Shown here: positions 34,861-44,934 of the stretch, in pieces
Numbering within the stretch: the stretch's first letter is position 1
Layout: the number at the start of each line of letters is the position of its first letter
From: a virus
Strand: one strand, 5' to 3'
Length of the DNA stretch: 64,000 bases
IMG/VR virus record: IMGVR_UViG_3300047157_000105
Location: 64,001 to 128,000 of that record
Notes under the pieces: model-generated
The model's database searches: none
The model's input: only the letters and a program-made list of their open reading frames with translations
What the model was told of the DNA's origin: nothing
Position numbers and translations under genes: made by a program

Positions 34861-35047
34861 TAAATGTCTCCATTAATTGAGGTCCAAATACCACCATAAT
34901 ATATGCAATGATCGTCATAGCAGCTATACCGCCTAATAAGAACTTTATTTTAAAATCATCCACCATCATTTTAAATCCTATTATTTCATTCCCTAATATT
35001 CTTAGAGATAATTCTAGCTTGCCTTCGCTTTGATCTTCTTCTTTCAT
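34853..35047 (-). CDS. small membrane protein
   Basis: GKLELSLRILGNEIIG plus a C-terminal TM; start at 35047, 5 nt after the minus-strand TATAAATA (35053-35060). Confidence 0.6.
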   Translation of the reverse strand: MKEEDQSEGKLELSLRILGNEIIGFKMMVDDFKIKFLLGGIAAMTIIAYIMVVFGPQLMETFSG

Positions 35048-35055
35048 AACTATAT

Positions 35056-35553
35056 TTATACTCTTTTCTTCAGTGATTTCCATATTCTTTTGCCAGTCTT
35101 TGTTTTGCTGGCTTTGAATCTCATTGTCATAGTTTTAATACCCATTGCTTCAAGTTCTTTTTCTGTCCATATCTGAAACTCATAACCACGTTCATCACAA
35201 AACTTTTGTGCATACTTCCACTTCGAAGTATTCTTCATATAGGTTAAAGCCTCATTAAGTTTTTTACGTTTAGGTGGTTGTGTTTGAGATGATGGTTTAA
35301 TTTCAACTAAGAGGGTACGACCACTTGTAGTTCGTATAGTGAGGTCAACAAAGTATCTATGAGGTTTATTATCGGTTGCGCATATATAACCTATAACAGT
35401 TTCTTCAGAGTTCCACCATTTAACCCATGATGCATCATCTAAATGTCTAAACGCATTGCGTTCCCATAATGATCTGTAATGTATTTTATTGGGATCACCT
35501 TTATACTTATGAAGGTTCTTAGGTTTCCATGATCCAGAATATGTTTTTTTCAT
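35056..35553 (-). CDS. gp4: head completion nuclease gp4
   Basis: KYKGDP...YRSLWE, WNSEE, HRYFVD and VEIKP. Confidence 0.9.
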   Translation of the reverse strand: MKKTYSGSWKPKNLHKYKGDPNKIHYRSLWERNAFRHLDDASWVKWWNSEETVIGYICATDNKPHRYFVDLTIRTTSGRTLLVEIKPSSQTQPPKRKKLNEALTYMKNTSKWKYAQKFCDERGYEFQIWTEKELEAMGIKTMTMRFKASKTKTGKRIWKSLKKRV

Positions 35554-35558
35554 ACAAC

Positions 35559-35582
35559 TATTTATACAAACCCGTATAAATA
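35559..35582. promoter_or_regulatory. back-to-back divergent late promoters
   Basis: TATTTATA (35559-35566, minus) and TATAAATA (35575-35582, plus). Confidence 0.85.
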
Positions 35583-35608
35583 ACTATATAACAACCAAAG
35601 GACCAATT

Positions 35609-36841
35609 ATGGCTTTAAGCAATTTTTTTAATGGCGCTGGTACAGTATCACCGGCATTTTCTAGGAAACTAGATGGTGCAATGGATCCATCACACGTTTT
35701 TAAACATAATCAATTTAGAAGAACAAGAACTAAACCATTTGATTTAAAATATCCTCATACTGTTGGAGATGCTCCTTCAAGCTTATCAGTAGATTATAAT
35801 ACTAATTTATCAAGTGAATTTGCAACAACAAGAGCTTCTGAAGGTATAGACAAGGAAGCAATTGAACCATTTGTCTTTTTTGAATTTATGGAAATAATAC
35901 CTAAATTAAAAGAAGAGAAAAATGAAAGGCGAAGACAGTATAAACAAGCATTAAAGCCTGGTATATTAGAAGGTAAAAAAGCCGCAGAAGTACCAGGAGC
36001 ACTTGCTAGTGCACTTAAAAATAATATAGAATATTCACTAGTTGGAAATATAAATGATATAGAAGAAAATGAAGAGGCGATTGCTAAAAGCGGAGAAGTA
36101 ATAACTAAAGGAATAACCGAAGCAAAAGAAAGCGGATTACTTAAACCGGCATTAAGACAATATAAAGGTTCTATAGCAATGTATATGCCTACTGATATTC
36201 AAATAAATGATTCTATAGCATATAATGAAAACACTCGAAAAACATTTGGAGTTATACAAGGCTTAGCCGAAGGCGATGTGGATGCTGAAAACGTAGGTGT
36301 AAAACTGGCCGCACAGGCAGGAACAATTGGACTTGGTAGATTTTTAGGATACCTAGGTGGAAAAATGAGTATTGGTGGTGATTCAGCCTCTAATTTAGGT
36401 ACTTTATTAGGTGCTGCTGGTGTTGGTACTGTAATGGATGAATATCAAAGATCTACTGGTAAGGCATCTAATCCTCATGATTATATGGCATATCAAAATA
36501 CTGCTTTAAGAAGTTTTACATATACATTTACATTTTTACCAGATAGCAAAGAAGAATCAGTAGATGTGGCAGAGATCATTAAACAATTTAGACATGCTGC
36601 TCACGCTGAGAGACTTGATGCTGTTGCATTAACTGTACCAGAACATGTTATTATATCGCATCACGGAGCAGGAGATATGATTCAGTTACCTCCTGTAGTA
36701 ATTGAATCTGTTAATGTAGCTTATAACCCTAATAATTCTTCATTCTTTATAGAAGGTGGACATCCGGTTGAAGTTGGATTAAGTGTAACATTTAAAGAAA
36801 TTGTTCCGCTTTATAAACAAGATGTTGAAGGAGGTATGTAA
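35609..36841 (+). CDS. gp48: baseplate tail-tube cap gp48
   Basis: IAMYMP, NPH...LRSFTYTFTFLP.S..ES and VTFKEI. Confidence 0.75.
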   Translation: MALSNFFNGAGTVSPAFSRKLDGAMDPSHVFKHNQFRRTRTKPFDLKYPHTVGDAPSSLSVDYNTNLSSEFATTRASEGIDKEAIEPFVFFEFMEIIPKLKEEKNERRRQYKQALKPGILEGKKAAEVPGALASALKNNIEYSLVGNINDIEENEEAIAKSGEVITKGITEAKESGLLKPALRQYKGSIAMYMPTDIQINDSIAYNENTRKTFGVIQGLAEGDVDAENVGVKLAAQAGTIGLGRFLGYLGGKMSIGGDSASNLGTLLGAAGVGTVMDEYQRSTGKASNPHDYMAYQNTALRSFTYTFTFLPDSKEESVDVAEIIKQFRHAAHAERLDAVALTVPEHVIISHHGAGDMIQLPPVVIESVNVAYNPNNSSFFIEGGHPVEVGLSVTFKEIVPLYKQDVEGGM

Positions 36842-37545
36842 TGTATTTCTCAAATATACAAGATGTAGGAATTGATGTAGATGGATCTGGTAATATAGAT
36901 GCATTAAAAAATTTGACTGCACGAGCAAAAATAAGTGAAGAACTATTAAATAGCGGAGGTTTTTATGAAACAGTTACAGTTGAAGAAGGTGAAAGACCAG
37001 ATCATTTAAGTAAACGATTATACAATGTTGAAACATATCATTGGACTTTCTTATTACTTAATCCTCAAATAAAAAATATATGGGATGATTGGCCAATGGG
37101 GTCATCACAGTTAATAGAATATTGTACAAATAAATATCAATACTTGGCTGCTGATACAGATGATGATCTTAATAATAAATTTATACTTGGTGAAACAGTA
37201 CAAGGTAGTGTATCTGGTGCTTTAGGGAAAATTAAAGAAATACATGTTAATTTAGGTTATGTCACAATTGATTTAACCTCTGGCACATTTTCTGAAACCG
37301 GTGAAACTATTAATGGTATTAATTCTCAAGATTCTGTCACGTGTAATTTTATTAAGTCGCAGGCTTATGCACCGCATCATCATAGAAACACTGCTGGAGT
37401 TAGAGTAAAACGTAGTTCTACAACAGTGCCTTATACATTAATCGATTATGAGACAGCTATTATGGATCAAAATAGACAAATTAAAGCTATTAGACCTGAA
37501 CATATAAACACTGTAGCAAATGCGTTTATAGCAACAATGTCATAA
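36841..37545 (+). CDS. gp53: baseplate wedge protein gp53
   Basis: MYFS, GERPDHLSKRLY...YHWTFLLLN and DWP. Confidence 0.85.
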   Translation: MYFSNIQDVGIDVDGSGNIDALKNLTARAKISEELLNSGGFYETVTVEEGERPDHLSKRLYNVETYHWTFLLLNPQIKNIWDDWPMGSSQLIEYCTNKYQYLAADTDDDLNNKFILGETVQGSVSGALGKIKEIHVNLGYVTIDLTSGTFSETGETINGINSQDSVTCNFIKSQAYAPHHHRNTAGVRVKRSSTTVPYTLIDYETAIMDQNRQIKAIRPEHINTVANAFIATMS

Positions 37546-37549
37546 CATT

Positions 37550-38758
37550 ATGTTATTAGATTCATTTAAAGTAACTGCGGCTACTACTAACATTACCGAT
37601 ATGGTAATGGGAATGACATTCTTTGAAAGTATTAATGGCCTATTAAAAGGCAATATTCAAATGCTTGATGGTGCCAACTTTTTTGATGTAGTAATTGGTG
37701 AACAAGATAAATTATGTCCAGTTGAAATTGAATTTAAATATTTAGCTAATAAACCTGTTATTCTTCGATTTATGATTGATGGTGTTAATCAGATGAAAAT
37801 ATTTAAATCTGAAAAGTCATACGTAATGCATTTAATTAGTTTTGAAGAATTTAATTTAAAATTAAATGATATTAATGATGTTTATAATGGAACTGCTGAA
37901 GAAGTTGTTGCAGGGATTTATACTCAGAGCATGGGAGAAAACAATGTATTACAGATTAATACATTATCAACAACAAATGGAAAATATGTTGTTCCAAATA
38001 TACCTGCGATAGAAGCAATAGCTAATGTAACATATGCGGCAGTTGATGCAAATTATACTGGATTTTATTTTTATCAAAGGTTATATGATGAAGGAAAATG
38101 CAGATTTGGATCTCTCCATTCGATGTCAATAGATTTTCATAAAAGAGATGATGGTAAAGTTATGAAAATATCAAACGCCGATATTAGCTTAAAAGAATTA
38201 AATGATAATGATATAATGTCAGAAGGTTCAGCAAGTATATTTGAATTAGAAGAATATAGAATGCATCATAGTGATAAACTTGCTAGAGGAGAATACGGTC
38301 ATAAAATTCATCATATAGAATTAGATAAAACTAATTTAAAAAAGAATGAACCAATAATTAAAAATCAAACTCAAGTTGAAACGACAAGATATAAAATATC
38401 TGAATTTATATATGGTAGACCAATTACTATACCGCCTGGCCCGCATTCTGATGAAGAACCAGAAACTTATGAACAAAAATCTTTATTTCACGATGTTAAT
38501 TCTCCTAATACCCAAGCAGCAGTAAATTTAAAAAAGAGAATATATAATAATACACTTAATGTTAGTGGTATGGTTCCAGCTGCATATATGGGAGTTGGCC
38601 AATCGGTAGAAGTAGAATTAGGAAGAGCTTCACCTGAAGAAAATATTTCGGGAGGAACATATATTATAGCAGATATAAATCATATATTTAAAATTACAGA
38701 TAGCGGTGCTGGAATGGATTATGTTCAAAATGTTAAACTATTAAGAGAGTATGCATAA
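37550..38758 (+). CDS. baseplate hub protein (gp27-like)
   Basis: FFESIN, FYFYQ and SGGTYIIADINH; position between gp53 and gp5. Confidence 0.55.
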   Translation: MLLDSFKVTAATTNITDMVMGMTFFESINGLLKGNIQMLDGANFFDVVIGEQDKLCPVEIEFKYLANKPVILRFMIDGVNQMKIFKSEKSYVMHLISFEEFNLKLNDINDVYNGTAEEVVAGIYTQSMGENNVLQINTLSTTNGKYVVPNIPAIEAIANVTYAAVDANYTGFYFYQRLYDEGKCRFGSLHSMSIDFHKRDDGKVMKISNADISLKELNDNDIMSEGSASIFELEEYRMHHSDKLARGEYGHKIHHIELDKTNLKKNEPIIKNQTQVETTRYKISEFIYGRPITIPPGPHSDEEPETYEQKSLFHDVNSPNTQAAVNLKKRIYNNTLNVSGMVPAAYMGVGQSVEVELGRASPEENISGGTYIIADINHIFKITDSGAGMDYVQNVKLLREYA

Positions 38759-39906
38759 TGTATAAGTTTGGTGAAGTAAAAGATATTAATGATCCAGAAA
38801 AACTCGGAAGAGTAAAGGTAAGTGTATATGGCATGCATGATAATATACCAGTTAAAGAACTTGGATGGTCACAGGTTGTTATGCCCGCTAATACACCGGC
38901 AACACTTGGTCAAGGTCATTCGGTTAATTTAAAAGAAGAAGTATTATGGAAAACAGGGGATCTTCTACCTGAGCCAATACAGAGCCCAGCATTTAGAGCA
39001 GTAACTTCAGGACCGGCGGGGCAATCGGTAGAAGAAGCTTTAGAAGTTAAAACAATTACAGATGTTGCACCTGATTATGGATTTTATACAGGATCAGATG
39101 TTCCAAAAACAGGTGATATAAGAGAGCAAGGCAGTTTAGTTTGTGGCATATTTTTAGATCCAGCTAAGCAAGAATTTTTAGTTGTAGGAAGTTTACCTAC
39201 AAGAACTGCTGGAGTAAAAGATAATAATTTAAGAGTAAGGGGTGAGAATGACCCGCATGCAAATGAAGAAAAAGGTGTCTATGAACCAGTAAGCCCGTAC
39301 GATCCAACATATCCATATAATCATGTGTATGAAACAGAGAGTGGACATGTTAAAGAATATGATGATACACCTGGAATTGAACGTATAAAAGAAAGACACA
39401 TGAGTGGTACTCAATACGAGATAGGTCCAAATGGTGCAAAGGTAGAAAGAATCGTAAATGATAATTATCAGTTAGTAGCAGGTCATGATACACTTGAAGT
39501 AAAAGGTAGTGTAAAGATTATTGTAAGTGGTGATTGCAAGTTATCAGTAGCAAAAGATCTTACAGCAAATGTAGGTGGCAATATAGAGGCTAATGTAACG
39601 GGTAATGCACTAGCAACAATTGGCGGTACAACTACTGTGTTGAATACCGGTGATATGAATTTAACTGTGAGCGGAAAGGACTCAGCTAATCTAACAATAA
39701 AATCTCAGTACTCAACTACTGAGGCTGCTGGCTCAACGACTATGCATAAGGGTGAAATTAAATTAGATGGTAATGTTACTGTGACTGGTACAAGTAAGTT
39801 AATCGGTGAAACAAGAATAGCTGACGATACTATCACACTTGATAACCATACACACGGTTCTAATAATGTAAATCAAGCAAATACTGCAGGACCTAACACT
39901 AACTAG
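38758..39906 (+). CDS. gp5: baseplate central spike gp5 (OB fold + beta-helix, no lysozyme domain)
   Basis: DPEKLGRVKV, YPYNHVYETESGH..EYDDTPG.ERI, VxG repeats and HTH tip. Confidence 0.85.
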   Translation: MYKFGEVKDINDPEKLGRVKVSVYGMHDNIPVKELGWSQVVMPANTPATLGQGHSVNLKEEVLWKTGDLLPEPIQSPAFRAVTSGPAGQSVEEALEVKTITDVAPDYGFYTGSDVPKTGDIREQGSLVCGIFLDPAKQEFLVVGSLPTRTAGVKDNNLRVRGENDPHANEEKGVYEPVSPYDPTYPYNHVYETESGHVKEYDDTPGIERIKERHMSGTQYEIGPNGAKVERIVNDNYQLVAGHDTLEVKGSVKIIVSGDCKLSVAKDLTANVGGNIEANVTGNALATIGGTTTVLNTGDMNLTVSGKDSANLTIKSQYSTTEAAGSTTMHKGEIKLDGNVTVTGTSKLIGETRIADDTITLDNHTHGSNNVNQANTAGPNTN

Positions 39907-39920
39907 TATAAATAAGATAT

Positions 39921-40319
39921 ATGGCACAGATAGCAATACCAGCAACGTACAAAGATTTAGATTTTTCTTTTAAGCAAAATCCTAATACCAATGACGTTGG
40001 AATAAAAAAGAATAATGCAGCAGTAATCCAAAGCTGTCTTAATATACTTCGTACAAATCACGGCGAAAGACCATTTGATTATAATTTCGGTGCAAACTTA
40101 AGAGCATATCTCTTTGAGAATATGAATAATGTTACAGCTGCAAATATGGCAACAAATATACAGGTTGCTTTAAAAAACTATGAGCCACGAATAGAAGTAC
40201 TTAACGTAAATGTCAGAGCGCAAGCCGCTGAGAATGATGTATTTATAACAGTAACCGGTAGAGTAAAATCAAGCAATGATATAGTTGATATCGCTACCAC
40301 ATTAGAGAGATTACGATAA
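39921..40319 (+). CDS. gp25: baseplate wedge protein gp25
   Basis: YKDLD, GERPF...FG and NYEPRI; late box at 39907-39914. Confidence 0.9.
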   Translation: MAQIAIPATYKDLDFSFKQNPNTNDVGIKKNNAAVIQSCLNILRTNHGERPFDYNFGANLRAYLFENMNNVTAANMATNIQVALKNYEPRIEVLNVNVRAQAAENDVFITVTGRVKSSNDIVDIATTLERLR

Positions 40320-42204
40320 TGGCAATCGAAAGAAGAATTAATGCAAGTGAATTAGATTTTAATCAGATAAAAACAAATCTAATTAATTATATGAAGGCAA
40401 CTGATACAACCTTCAATGACTACAACTATGATGGCTCTGCGATGTCAACCATTATTGATGTGTTAGCATATGTAACTCATATTAACTCAATGAATGCAAA
40501 TTTTGCTTTGAACGAAACATTCCTTGATACTGCTCAGCTACGAACTTCTATTGTATCTCATGCTAAGCTATTAGGATATACACCTAAATCGATTGCGCCC
40601 TCTATTGCTTATGTTAATGTAAGAATGAATTATGATACAACTGCTACACCATTATGGAATCATGATGGAACTAATACTCCATTACCATTAACTATGACAA
40701 GGGGCACAGCATTTAAAACAACTATTGATGGTGTTGATTATCCAATGTTTGCTTCAGATACAAGTACGATTTCATTTAACAGTGGTTGGAACTTTTCGAA
40801 TATAGCTATCGAGCAAGGTACACTTACATCAGTATCATACACATATCAAAACAATGCATTTGAACAGTATATATTACCACAAGCAAATGTAAATACGAGT
40901 TCAATTAAAGTTACTGTTACCGATTCAGGATCTACTAATGCTGCAAAGGTATATTCACTTAATACTAATATGGTAAACTTAGATGGTACGAGTGAAGTAT
41001 ATTTCTTAGAAGAAACTCGTGACGGCTTTTATGAGGTTAAATTCGGTGATAATATTCTTGGTAAGAGACCAGGTAATGGTAACACTATTAAAATAGAGTA
41101 TTCTTACATCGCGTCAGGTACAAATGTAAATGGTGCTACAGTATTTGAAATGACTGGTTCACTCAATGGTAACACAGATGAAACAATTACACTTGTAACA
41201 AAAGCGGTAGGTGGTTCACCAAGAGAAACAAAAGAAGCAATCAAGTTTAATGCTCCTTTATCATTTGTATCTCAAAATAGAGCGGTTACGCCTGATGATT
41301 ACAAGTCAATTATTCAAAACGAATTTGGAGATGTAGATGCGGTATCTGTATGGGGCGGAGAATCTCATGATGTTCCTGATTATGGTAAAGTGTATGTGAG
41401 TATTAAACCAAAATCAGCAGATACATTAACTGAGGTGCAGAAAGAAACAATTAAAACACAAATACTCAAACCTAAAAACGTCGTAAGTATTACCCCGGTT
41501 CTCATTGATCCCGAGTATACATATATTGACTTAGAAGTTTTCTTTAAATTTAATCCTAACAAAGCTACAGTAACTGCATCAGGGTTGGCAACATCTATAA
41601 GGAACACATTAGTGACAACACAACACAGACGTATTAAAAACATTTGGTGGTGTATTTAGATTATCAAATGTAGCTAAAAAGATTGATGATACTAATGTTG
41701 CCATTATATCTAATGTTACACGCGTAAAGATGACGAAGAAAGTCACGCCTACACTTGGTACTGCTAAATCATATTCTTTAAAGTTTAATCAACCATTAAC
41801 TGATTTAGATGGTACTTCTTCAGCTCTTGGTTCTTATGTAACATCAAATACATTTACATTTAATGGTACAGCTCAAGCAAAGCTAAAAGACTACTATGAT
41901 ACAGATTCTGGATACACGCATCATTCAAGTAGTTGACTCAGGTGGTTTAATATTAGATACAAACGCTGGTACGATAAATGAAACTACTGGGGTAGTTACA
42001 CTTACCTCATTTAATCCAACTGCATTACCTACAGGGCAAACTACTATCGATGTCACGGTTAAACCAGCGAGTACTGATGTATCGCCTGCAAGAAACGTGT
42101 TATTAGATATACAGACTTCAAGTGCTGCTATTTCAGGTGAGATAGATACAATGGCTACTGGCGGTACAACTGCTGGTATTGATTATAATACAACGAGCGC
42201 ATAA
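40319..42204 (+). CDS. gp6: baseplate wedge protein gp6, split by two apparent +1 insertions (about 41618 and 41912)
   Basis: ELDFNQIK, QNRAVTPDDY and YGKVYVSIKP. Removing one base at each site gives a continuous frame of about 627 aa (...LVTHNTDVLKTFGGVFR...DSGTRIIQV...). Confidence 0.85.
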
Positions 42205-43379
42205 TGTCAAATAGTCTTGGAAAATATAATATATCATCTTACATAGATGAACTAGTACCTGATCATGTAGAATCTTCATATCCTGACCTAGTTAATTTTC
42301 TTAAGACATATGCATTATATTTAGAGCGTTCAAATGATTCTGGATTCTATCTTAATGCATTAGATATTCAAAGAGATATCGATCACGTAGAAGAGAATCT
42401 ACTTACTGAGTTGCAGAATGAAATCGGTGTTGCTGTACCAAGAGACTTCGCTACAGATCCAAGGATGTTTTATAAGCGTTTAGTTGAATTCTATAAGTCA
42501 CGTGGTACACCTGAATCTATTACAGCATTCTTTAGAATGATATATGATGATGAGGTAGAAACATATTTTCCATATGTAGATGTATTAAATCCTTCAGATG
42601 GAGATTGGACAGATCAAGCGGCGGCAGTTCAAGCTGATAGAACAGCATTTACTCCAATAAACACATTTACAATATCAGGTACACCAACTGAAGTAACTGG
42701 AAATAATGATGCAGGTAACCCGGCATTATTTGATGATGATATTGTGTTTGTTAATAACGATTATAAAACTCCAGGCACAGATTATACCGAATCAGTTTAT
42801 TCTGATTCTACTACTAAATATAAATTAACATTTGCAAGTGCATTATCAAATGGTGATGTTGTAAGAACATATGCAAAGGGTTTATTTACATCAGCTAATG
42901 GATTCTTATCAGATAAAAAGTTTATTCAAGATTCTTATTATTATCAAAAGTTTTCATATGTATTAAGAACTGGTGCAAACGTAGCAGACTGGAGTAACGC
43001 ATTTACACGATTAGTACACCCAGCAGGATTTAAGTTCTTTGGTGAGATTGCAATATTTATTCAGTTACTTACATCGGGAAATAACCAAACACAATTTGGT
43101 AATCAACTACCAGCTGGTGAAATTAGCTTTAACATCGGTGCATTCCAAGTTGGACCAGCACAATTTAATACACATATATTAGAGAAATCATATACTCACT
43201 TTGCTAACGGAAGTTCTGAGCTGAGTAAGATAGGTATGCAAAACCATTGGGATAATATGAAGTTTAGATATTTAGGTCCAAACTCAGATTTCGCTCATTG
43301 GACACTGCAAGATAGTATAAATAACAATATAAGTACACAATTCGGAATGGGTGGAGCTAGTTCACTCGTTATTTCATAA
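42204..43379 (+). CDS. baseplate wedge protein (gp7-like)
   Basis: FYKSRGTPESI, IQDSYYYQKFSYV and VHPAGFKFFG. Confidence 0.7.
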   Translation: MSNSLGKYNISSYIDELVPDHVESSYPDLVNFLKTYALYLERSNDSGFYLNALDIQRDIDHVEENLLTELQNEIGVAVPRDFATDPRMFYKRLVEFYKSRGTPESITAFFRMIYDDEVETYFPYVDVLNPSDGDWTDQAAAVQADRTAFTPINTFTISGTPTEVTGNNDAGNPALFDDDIVFVNNDYKTPGTDYTESVYSDSTTKYKLTFASALSNGDVVRTYAKGLFTSANGFLSDKKFIQDSYYYQKFSYVLRTGANVADWSNAFTRLVHPAGFKFFGEIAIFIQLLTSGNNQTQFGNQLPAGEISFNIGAFQVGPAQFNTHILEKSYTHFANGSSELSKIGMQNHWDNMKFRYLGPNSDFAHWTLQDSINNNISTQFGMGGASSLVIS

Positions 43380-43394
43380 AACTAAGGAAAAGAC

Positions 43395-44921
43395 ATGGCA
43401 GCAATAATCACAAGTAAATTCAGACTGGATACAACTAATAAGTTCGTTAATAGTCTAAGTGATAATCAATTCTACATGGCCCTGGGACGGCCAAACGCAT
43501 GGGCAGATGATACTGTTCCAGATACCCCATATGAAAATGACTATGCATCACACACTTTATGGGAAAACATGTTCGCCATGAAGAGAGTTGATGCTGCAGA
43601 CATTATTCATTGTTCACCAAGAAACTTATGGGTTTCTGGTACAACATATGCAGAATATGATGATCAAGATACAAACATAGAGAGCAAAGTATATTTTGTT
43701 ATTTCAGCAAATAATAATGTATACATGTGCTTGAAAGCAGGAGCAGGAGCTTCTACTACTAACCCGGATACTACAGGTGTTCAAACATCGGGTGTTATTA
43801 ATCATAGTGGATCAGATGGTTATATATGGAAATACATGTATACAGTCCCAACAGCTGATGTAACTAAATTCTTAACAACATCATTTATACCAGTAAGACA
43901 TATTAAAGAAGCACCAGCAGGTGGATCTGATACTGCATTAACTAATCAATGGGCAGTACAAGGTAATGCTGTTGATGGTGCAATCTATAATATGAAGATT
44001 ACAAATGCAGGAACTGGATATACATCAGCTCCTACAATAACAATCTCAGGTAATGGATCAAGTGCTACAGCGACAGCTACAGTATCTGGTGGTGCTATCA
44101 CAGGTATTACAATGACTAATGTTGGTTCAGGATATCGTCATGCAACAGTTACAGTAACTGGTGGTTCAGGTTCAAATGGTGCAATCAGACCAGTTATTGG
44201 ACCAGTTGGCGGATTTGGAGCAGATCCTACAAATGATTTAAGAGCACATTATGTAACAATCAACACTGTATTTACTGGTGATGAGTCTGGTGCAATTCCT
44301 GATTCAAATGACTTTAGACAAATAGCAGTTGTTAAAAACCCTATTGAGAAAGCAAATGAGAGTGCAACAGTCTCAGCTACTGGCTCAATGGTTGTAGGTA
44401 ATTTTTATAAGATCTTAACAATAGGAAATACTACCGATTCTAATTGGGCAGCTGCAGGTTCAACAAGCGGCAATCCAGTTGTTGGTGAAATATTTAAGGC
44501 TATTGCCACAACGATAACAGGTTCAAGTACAGGTACTATTGCACAAGTTGCAGAAGCAAGTGCATACAATACATGTAAGAGTGTTACAATCCCAGCTGGA
44601 TTAGCATCTACATATGTTGCTGACTTTGCATTTGAAGGTCATACTGGTGGTACAGTTGGTGCTAAAGGTATCGTTGTAGAATACAATAACACAAACGGTG
44701 TATTACATTATATACAAAACGAAACTACTGGGTTCGGTACATTTACTACTTCACATTTGACAAGAGCAACTGGTTCATCAACTGCTGGTAATCAAATCTC
44801 AGCGGTAGGTGCACCTCTCATTAATCATCATCAAGGTGATGTGATGTTTGTAGAGAATAGAACAGCTACAACAAGATCCGCAGGACAAGTAGAAACAGTA
44901 AGATTAGTAATCGCATTTTAA
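43395..44921 (+). CDS. gp8: baseplate wedge protein gp8
   Basis: AIITSKFR, VYMCL, DGYIWKYMY and ENR...R...QVE; late box at 43316-43323. Confidence 0.85.
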   Translation: MAAIITSKFRLDTTNKFVNSLSDNQFYMALGRPNAWADDTVPDTPYENDYASHTLWENMFAMKRVDAADIIHCSPRNLWVSGTTYAEYDDQDTNIESKVYFVISANNNVYMCLKAGAGASTTNPDTTGVQTSGVINHSGSDGYIWKYMYTVPTADVTKFLTTSFIPVRHIKEAPAGGSDTALTNQWAVQGNAVDGAIYNMKITNAGTGYTSAPTITISGNGSSATATATVSGGAITGITMTNVGSGYRHATVTVTGGSGSNGAIRPVIGPVGGFGADPTNDLRAHYVTINTVFTGDESGAIPDSNDFRQIAVVKNPIEKANESATVSATGSMVVGNFYKILTIGNTTDSNWAAAGSTSGNPVVGEIFKAIATTITGSSTGTIAQVAEASAYNTCKSVTIPAGLASTYVADFAFEGHTGGTVGAKGIVVEYNNTNGVLHYIQNETTGFGTFTTSHLTRATGSSTAGNQISAVGAPLINHHQGDVMFVENRTATTRSAGQVETVRLVIAF

Positions 44922-44934
44922 ATAGGATAGAAAC

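Noticed and set aside
40319-42204. gp6 as three genes or programmed recoding
   Set aside because: The fragments rejoin into one typical gp6 after removing two bases, and no recoding signals are present.
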